From contig DETN01000131.1 of assembly GCA_002362155.1 (NCBI GenBank), positions 641-64,640 on the forward strand: 64,000 nucleotides of DNA, in the 5' to 3' direction. The translations under genes were made by a program, and so were the position numbers. Each line of letters starts with the position of its first letter. The stretch's first letter is position 1. This document shows positions 58,484 to 64,000 of this stretch, one piece after another. A model generated the notes under the pieces. That model was not told the origin of the DNA. It searched no databases and saw nothing but the letters and a program-made list of their open reading frames with translations. This DNA comes from Lachnospiraceae bacterium UBA3287. GTDB taxonomy: Bacteria; Bacillota; Clostridia; Lachnospirales; Lachnospiraceae.

Positions 58484-59197
58484 TCAGTGATCTGTATCTT
58501 CCGGGGAAAGGGCCCCGGACTCCTGCCTTTTTATATAGTCTTCCAGGAAAGCGGCCTCGTTTTTCAGAGCATCGCCCCATTTCCCGCAGGCAGCACTCAT
58601 CTTCTCCCTGGCCGCTTCACAGTTTCCCTCAAAGGCCGGGCGGAAGGCTTCTATGGCGTCCATGTAGCGGGAGAGGCCATCCATGGCGGAGACCTTTTCA
58701 AAGACTGCCCTGCGCTCCTCCAGGACCTTTTCCGCTTTCTCTCCCTTTTCGTTATAGAAAAGAGCCATTACATAGTCGGTCCAGTAGACCGGGATGCCGG
58801 GGCCTGTCACCTTTTTTACATTCACGGATTCCAGAAGGGAAAGGGCCTTCCTGTAATCCTTCATCCGGATGGAAGCCGCTGCCAGGTTAATCTTTAAGGT
58901 CTCCCTGTAGACAGCCTTTCTGTGGCCTTCCAGCTCTGCGGTCAGCTCCCTGGCATAGCGCTCCGGATCCGTCTCCAGAAGGGGCATAAGTTCCGCCATC
59001 CGGCGGTTGGTCTTACTGGCGAAGAGGATCTCCGTCAGGATGGTCCCCGCGGCCACGGCCATCAGCCATATGATCAGAATCGGCACCGGGTCCTTTCCCA
59101 TGCCGGAGGCAGAGGATGCGAAAACGCCAAGTAAGGCGCTGCCCGCCAGGATCAGGATCCAGTAAAATCTGTAAAAACGGTTGTATTTCTTAGCCAC
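58484..59197 (-). CDS. Hypothetical membrane protein with helical (TPR-like) C-terminus
   Basis: AGGAGG RBS with GTG start MAKKYNRF; two TMs. Confidence 0.7.
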   Translation of the reverse strand: MAKKYNRFYRFYWILILAGSALLGVFASSASGMGKDPVPILIIWLMAVAAGTILTEILFASKTNRRMAELMPLLETDPERYARELTAELEGHRKAVYRETLKINLAAASIRMKDYRKALSLLESVNVKKVTGPGIPVYWTDYVMALFYNEKGEKAEKVLEERRAVFEKVSAMDGLSRYMDAIEAFRPAFEGNCEAAREKMSAACGKWGDALKNEAAFLEDYIKRQESGALSPEDTDH

Positions 59198-59222
59198 AGC
59201 TTTCCCTCCTTCTGCGGCCCTC

Positions 59223-59696
59223 CTAAATGTCCCACCTGAGCAGGGGAAGGCCGTCCCTGTCGCAGAAGCGGCCCAGGACAATCATGATTATATCATAAAT
59301 AATGCCCATACCGAACAGGCCTGCCGTCATGGCATAGAGAATTCCCGTTCCGATCTTTCCGGCATAGAAACGGTGGACGCCCAGCTCTCCCAGAAAAAGG
59401 GCCAGCAGGAGGGCCAGCAGTCTGCTCCTGCCGCTGACATTCTCCGGGTCCTCTGCAGGCTTTTGCCTGCTTTTCGGAATATCGTAGTAGCCGTCGCTGC
59501 GCCACTGCCTTTCTCTTTCGGTATGGCCCGTTCCTCCGAAACCGCCGCGTCTTCTCTCATATCGTATCTTCTGCAGGACATCGCTTTCGGGAATGATCCT
59601 GGAATCACAGTATCCGCAGAACCACTCCGTATCTGCGGGATCCAGTTCGATCACTGCTCCGCAGTAGGGACATCTGTAATCAACTTTTTCCATCAT
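59223..59696 (-). CDS. Zinc-ribbon plus TM2-domain protein
   Basis: CPYCGA...CGYC; LLALFLG.LGVHRFY.GK.GTGILY..T.GLFG. Confidence 0.88.
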   Translation of the reverse strand: MMEKVDYRCPYCGAVIELDPADTEWFCGYCDSRIIPESDVLQKIRYERRRGGFGGTGHTERERQWRSDGYYDIPKSRQKPAEDPENVSGRSRLLALLLALFLGELGVHRFYAGKIGTGILYAMTAGLFGMGIIYDIIMIVLGRFCDRDGLPLLRWDI

Positions 59697-59981
59697 ATAT
59701 CCAACCCTTCCTCTCCGGATGCACCGTGCATCCGGAAAAGTTCCTTTCGTTATGGCAAAGTATAGCACATCGGCCGCAGCCTGCCGGACATAGTTCGTTT
59801 ACTGGCCGGGCCCGGCACCCCTGCAGCCTGTTACTGCAGGCCGTATAATAATAATTTCAATTACAATCACAATTAGTATATACAAACATTTCTGTTGAAA
59901 AACAGCAGTTCCGGTTATAAAATACTAACTGATCTGTAACGGTTACAGATCTGACTATTTTTTCCCGGAGGTAAACGACAT

Positions 59982-60245
59982 ATGGAAAGAAAACACATCC
60001 TTTTATTCCTTGGCGGCATGCTCTTTGGCAGTGCCGGCATTAAGCTCCTGTCCAGCAAAGACGCCAAAAAGGCCTATACCCACGTGACCGCTGCAGCCCT
60101 CCGCTGCAAGGATTCCGTAATGGAAACCGTCGACACCGTGCAGGAAAACTGCTCCGACATTCTGGCCGACGCCAGGAGCATCAACGAGCAGCGGGCAGCC
60201 GCTGACGAAAAAGAATTTATCGAAGACTCCTCTGATCAGGAATAA
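59982..60245 (+). CDS. DUF6110/DUF1490-like small partner of P1B ATPases
   Basis: LF.GG.LFGSAGIK.LSS.DAKK.Y...TAA.LR.KD.V. Confidence 0.8.
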   Translation: MERKHILLFLGGMLFGSAGIKLLSSKDAKKAYTHVTAAALRCKDSVMETVDTVQENCSDILADARSINEQRAAADEKEFIEDSSDQE

Positions 60246-60260
60246 GTGCCGGGGGCTCTT

Positions 60261-62345
60261 ATGAAATTTCAGATACTGCATGAATCCAGAGGCAGGATCC
60301 GCCTGCGGGCCGCCGTATACCGTATGAGTATGGAACAGGCAGACGCTCTGGAGGAATACGCTGGCGCCATAAAAGGCGTGGACAGAGCCACGGTCCATGA
60401 ATCGGCCCGCACCCTGACCATACTTTATAAAGGGGAAAGAAAAGAACTGATCAGCGCTCTCTCCCGCTTTTCCTTTGCGGATCAGGAGGACCGCCTCCCC
60501 GCTCTCAGTCACAGCAGCAGACAGATCTCAGCCGAATATAAGGGAAAGATCCTCCGCCATGCAGCCGGCTTTGCACTAAGGCGCCTTCTCCTTCCCCTGC
60601 CTGTCCGCAGGGTCTATGAAATATACAGGGCCCTGCCTTACATGGCTAAGGCTGTAAAAACTCTGCTGCAGAAAAAGGTAACAGTGGAAGTCCTGGACGG
60701 CACCGCCATCGGGGTCTCTCTTCTGACAGGAGACTATAATACCGCCGGCTCTGTCATGTTCCTTTTAAAGCTGGGCGACTATCTGGACGAATGGACCCAC
60801 AAGAAATCCGTGGATGACCTGGCAAGAAGCATGTCCCTGAACGTGGACCAGGTCTGGCTCCACCGGGAGGACGGCGTTCCTGTCCTGGTCCCCCTGGCAG
60901 GGATCCAGGAAGGGGATCTGATCGAGGTCAATACCGGCCACGTGGTTCCCCTGGACGGGGTCCTGGAAGAGGGGGATGTCATGATAGGCCAGGCCTCCCT
61001 GACAGGCGAGTCCGTACCGGTTGCCAAGTCTCCGGGCATGTCCGTCTACGCCGGTTCCGTGGTGGAGGAAGGAAACTGCATCCTTAAAGTCACAAAGACC
61101 GCGGGCAGCAGCAAATACGATCAGATCGTCCGCATGATCGAGGATTCGGAAAAGCTCAAATCCGAAGTGGAAGCAAGGGCTTCGGGCCTTGCGGATTCTC
61201 TGGTCCCCTGGTGTCTGGGCGGCAGCGCCCTGACCTGGCTTCTGACCAGAAACGTGACCCGGGCCGTTTCCGTCCTTATGGTGGATTTTTCCTGCGCTCT
61301 CAAGCTCTCCATGCCCCTGAGCGTACTGTCCGCCATGCGGGAAGCCAGCCTCTATAAGATCACCGTCAAGGGGGGCAAGTTCCTGGAGAAAGTCTCCGCC
61401 GCGGATACCATCATCTTTGACAAGACCGGTACCCTGACCAACGCCTGTCCCACGGTGGCCCGGGTAGTCCCCTTCAGCGGCCATGATCCCGCAGAAATGC
61501 TGCGGATCGCAGCCTGTATGGAAGAACACTTCCCCCATTCCATGGCAAACGCCGTGGTACGCTCAGCCAGGGAACATAACCTGGACCATGAGGAAATGCA
61601 CAGCGAGGTGGAATATATCGTGGCCCACGGCATTGCCACCCGGATCGGCGGCGAAAGGGCCGTCATAGGCAGCCGCCATTTCGTCTTCGAGGACGAAGGC
61701 GCAGTGATCCTTCCTGAAGACCGGGAAGCCTTCGACAGCCTGGATCCCCGCTACTCCCATCTCTATCTTGCCCTGGGCGGCATACTCTCTGCGGCCATCT
61801 GTATCTACGACCCTCTGCGGCCCGAGGTATCGGAAATGATCCGCGGCCTCCACGCAGCCGGCATCGGAAGAGTGGTCATGCTGACAGGTGACAGTGAGAA
61901 GACTGCCAGAGCCATCGCTCTGGAGGCCGGCGTGGATGACTTCCGGGCGGAGGTCCTGCCCGAAGACAAGGCCGCCTACATACAGAAGGAGCATGACGAA
62001 GGCAGAGGCGTGATCATGATCGGGGACGGCATCAACGATGCTCCTGCCCTGTCCATGGCAGACGCAGGCGTTGCCATAGGGTCCGGCGCCATGATCGCCA
62101 GAGAGGTTGCTGACATCACCATAGCGGCTGAGGATCTGAACCGGATCCTGGTCATGAAGAGGCTTTCTGACGCCCTGATGAAGCGGACCCGACGCAACTA
62201 CCGCTTTGTCATGACTTTCAACGGAGCTCTCATCGTTCTGGGCGCCTTCGGCATCCTGCCTCCTTCCTTATCGGCTCTTTTACATAACACATCGACTCTG
62301 ATCCTGTCTCTTTCCTGCATGACGGACCTTTTAAGCCCCGGCTGA
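60261..62345 (+). CDS. Heavy-metal P1B-type ATPase (SCA motif)
   Basis: LTGES, VDFSCALKL, DKTGTLT, HSMA, MLTGD, GDGINDAPAL. Confidence 0.95.
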   Translation: MKFQILHESRGRIRLRAAVYRMSMEQADALEEYAGAIKGVDRATVHESARTLTILYKGERKELISALSRFSFADQEDRLPALSHSSRQISAEYKGKILRHAAGFALRRLLLPLPVRRVYEIYRALPYMAKAVKTLLQKKVTVEVLDGTAIGVSLLTGDYNTAGSVMFLLKLGDYLDEWTHKKSVDDLARSMSLNVDQVWLHREDGVPVLVPLAGIQEGDLIEVNTGHVVPLDGVLEEGDVMIGQASLTGESVPVAKSPGMSVYAGSVVEEGNCILKVTKTAGSSKYDQIVRMIEDSEKLKSEVEARASGLADSLVPWCLGGSALTWLLTRNVTRAVSVLMVDFSCALKLSMPLSVLSAMREASLYKITVKGGKFLEKVSAADTIIFDKTGTLTNACPTVARVVPFSGHDPAEMLRIAACMEEHFPHSMANAVVRSAREHNLDHEEMHSEVEYIVAHGIATRIGGERAVIGSRHFVFEDEGAVILPEDREAFDSLDPRYSHLYLALGGILSAAICIYDPLRPEVSEMIRGLHAAGIGRVVMLTGDSEKTARAIALEAGVDDFRAEVLPEDKAAYIQKEHDEGRGVIMIGDGINDAPALSMADAGVAIGSGAMIAREVADITIAAEDLNRILVMKRLSDALMKRTRRNYRFVMTFNGALIVLGAFGILPPSLSALLHNTSTLILSLSCMTDLLSPG

Positions 62346-62561
62346 AGGAGTCCCTCAGGCATTTCAGGGCAGGCACGCTTCTTTCCCCCGCTGGATGGAC
62401 GTGCCTGCCTTTTTCATATGTCCATTTCCGAAAAAGTTCACAAAGCATCTGACAAAATTTGCAAAAAAACTGTATTTTTCACTAAACTAACAGTAAAATA
62501 GAGGATAAGTAATTCGTGAAAACTGATCTCATGTAATAAATCGAGAAAGGAGACATTTTTT

Positions 62562-63275
62562 ATGGCAACCCCTCATATTGGAGCAGTAAAAGGTCAGATC
62601 GCAGATGTAGTCCTCATGCCCGGTGATCCCCTCCGCGCGAAAATGATCGCAGAGGAATGGATGGACAACGCCGAACTTGTATCGGGTGTCCGCGGCATGT
62701 ATGCTTACAGCTGCACCTACAGAGGCAGGAAGATCACTGTTATGGCCAGCGGCATGGGCATGCCTTCCATGGGCATCTATTCCTATGAGCTCTTCTCGGA
62801 ATACGGCGTGGAAGCCATCATCCGCTGCGGTTCCTCCGGAAGCTTTGTCCCCAGCCTGAATGTAGGCGATGTGGTCTATGCCAGAGACGCCTGGACAGAC
62901 TCCAGCTTTGCCAAGGTCCAGTGCGGTGAAGAGAACTATGTCCTGCAGGCCTCCCATCTGCTCAATGTCAAGCTGAACCAGAGTGCATGGCAGAACGGAA
63001 TCGAGATCATTCCCACCAGAGTCTACAGCAGCGATGTGTTCTATAAGGCACCCACCAGCAACAGCGATGCTCTGGCCATTCAGAACGGCTGCACCTGCAT
63101 CGAGATGGAAGCCTTCGCCCTCTTCCACAACGCCAAGATGCTGGGCAAGCAGGCCGGCTGCCTGCTGACCATCTCCGACTCCTTCGTCACAGGCGAAGCT
63201 ATGACAGCAGAGGAAAGGCAGTCCTCCTTCGGCGACATGATCATCGTTGCCATGGGCGCAGCAGCAAGCCTGTAA
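62562..63275 (+). CDS. deoD: Purine nucleoside phosphorylase (DeoD type)
   Basis: MATPHI, MPGDPLRAK, GMGMPSMGIY..EL, SSDVFY, EME, TISD. Confidence 0.96.
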   Translation: MATPHIGAVKGQIADVVLMPGDPLRAKMIAEEWMDNAELVSGVRGMYAYSCTYRGRKITVMASGMGMPSMGIYSYELFSEYGVEAIIRCGSSGSFVPSLNVGDVVYARDAWTDSSFAKVQCGEENYVLQASHLLNVKLNQSAWQNGIEIIPTRVYSSDVFYKAPTSNSDALAIQNGCTCIEMEAFALFHNAKMLGKQAGCLLTISDSFVTGEAMTAEERQSSFGDMIIVAMGAAASL

Positions 63276-63307
63276 GTCTCTGTCCGCTTTCTTAATTCAG
63301 ATCACCT

Positions 63308-63335
63308 AAAGGGATCCCGGTCCGGGATCCCTTTC
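63308..63335 (+). terminator. Terminator after deoD
   Basis: AAAGGGATCCCGG-T-CCGGGATCCCTTT hairpin. Confidence 0.7.
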
Positions 63336-63446
63336 TGCGTTCTCCTTTTCCGGGAATTAACAAAGGTTTTCCGTGCTTTTTTTCCGAACTCTGTTACAAT
63401 AGCTTTCAGGATCCTGCGCCGCGGGATCGGAAAGGAGACATATGAT

Positions 63447-64000
63447 ATGAAAAAGAAACTGATCGCACTCATGCTTTCGGCCCTTATGTGTGCTTCTCTC
63501 TTTACTGCCTGCTCCGGTCAGAGCAAGGCTCCCATCACAGATGAGGAAGAAACCGAACAGCCTGCTGACGGAACAGAAACAGAAGAGACAGAGACTGATC
63601 CGGAAGATACCGAAGAGAACGCCGATAAGAGCGGCGAAGAACAGGTACAGGGAGAGGGAGAGGGAGAAGGAGAAGAATACGAGGAAGGCACTTCCCAGGA
63701 AGACGAATACTATGAGGTCTCTACCGGCCTTGACCTGGACTACCTGGCCCAGATCCTGATCGAGATCCAGCCCGAAAAAGGAAATGAAAAGCCCGACCTT
63801 GCCAAAACAGAAGACCAGGAACTGATCGGGAAATACTATCCCGGCCTTTCCGACATGAATCTTCTTCAGCAGGTCTGCTACATGCCTCCCGAAGAAGGTG
63901 CTCCCTGCGAGATCATGCTGGTGGAATGCAGATCCAACTCCGATGCATCCAGAGCCATGGAGATCTTCCAGACCAGGATCAACCAGGGAACAGGAGACGG
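63447..64000 (+). CDS. Lipoprotein, DUF4358-like (partial, runs off the window)
   Basis: AAGGAG RBS, MKKKLIALMLSALMCASLFTAC lipobox, acidic linker, YYPGL...EIMLVEC....DA......FQ.R. Confidence 0.7.
   Translation, partial: MKKKLIALMLSALMCASLFTACSGQSKAPITDEEETEQPADGTETEETETDPEDTEENADKSGEEQVQGEGEGEGEEYEEGTSQEDEYYEVSTGLDLDYLAQILIEIQPEKGNEKPDLAKTEDQELIGKYYPGLSDMNLLQQVCYMPPEEGAPCEIMLVECRSNSDASRAMEIFQTRINQGTGD

Noticed and set aside
62346-62561. Purine riboswitch upstream of deoD
   Set aside because: Conserved aptamer core (GATATGG...GTTTCTAC) is absent

Overview
GC-rich chromosomal DNA from an anaerobic Firmicute. Gene content and the ZapA, Lon and MetY styles suggest Clostridia, probably Lachnospiraceae-like (inference). 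Most genes are housekeeping or nutrient uptake on the minus strand: trpF, two tandem ZapA-domain coiled-coil paralogs, CIRCE-preceded lon, bioY, metY, a cell-wall-binding hydrolase, mntP, a SpoVK-like AAA ATPase, a cobalamin riboswitch with DUF4430 and an ECF S component, a Y-family polymerase with YolD, mmuM with an AGCS symporter, a serpin, ldh, hflKC, an ECF sigma/anti-sigma pair, cls, a P1B ATPase and deoD. The most notable region is a co-oriented nucleoside-utilisation locus (udk, tdk, PfkB kinase, BMP lipoprotein, yjjI-yjjW, nucleoside ABC transporter, deoC, add, LysR). In it the orphan glycyl-radical enzyme pair YjjI/YjjW sits between the binding-protein gene and the ATPase gene of the transporter. 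Just upstream lie a CUT1 ABC transporter and a tandem OB-fold lipoprotein. A lower-GC mobile-element remnant of about 3.4 kb (truncated VapE primase-helicase, TnpW) carries an XRE-fused AbiE-like type IV TA pair. I saw no rRNA, tRNA or CRISPR array. All family assignments come from motif recognition by eye, not from database searches.
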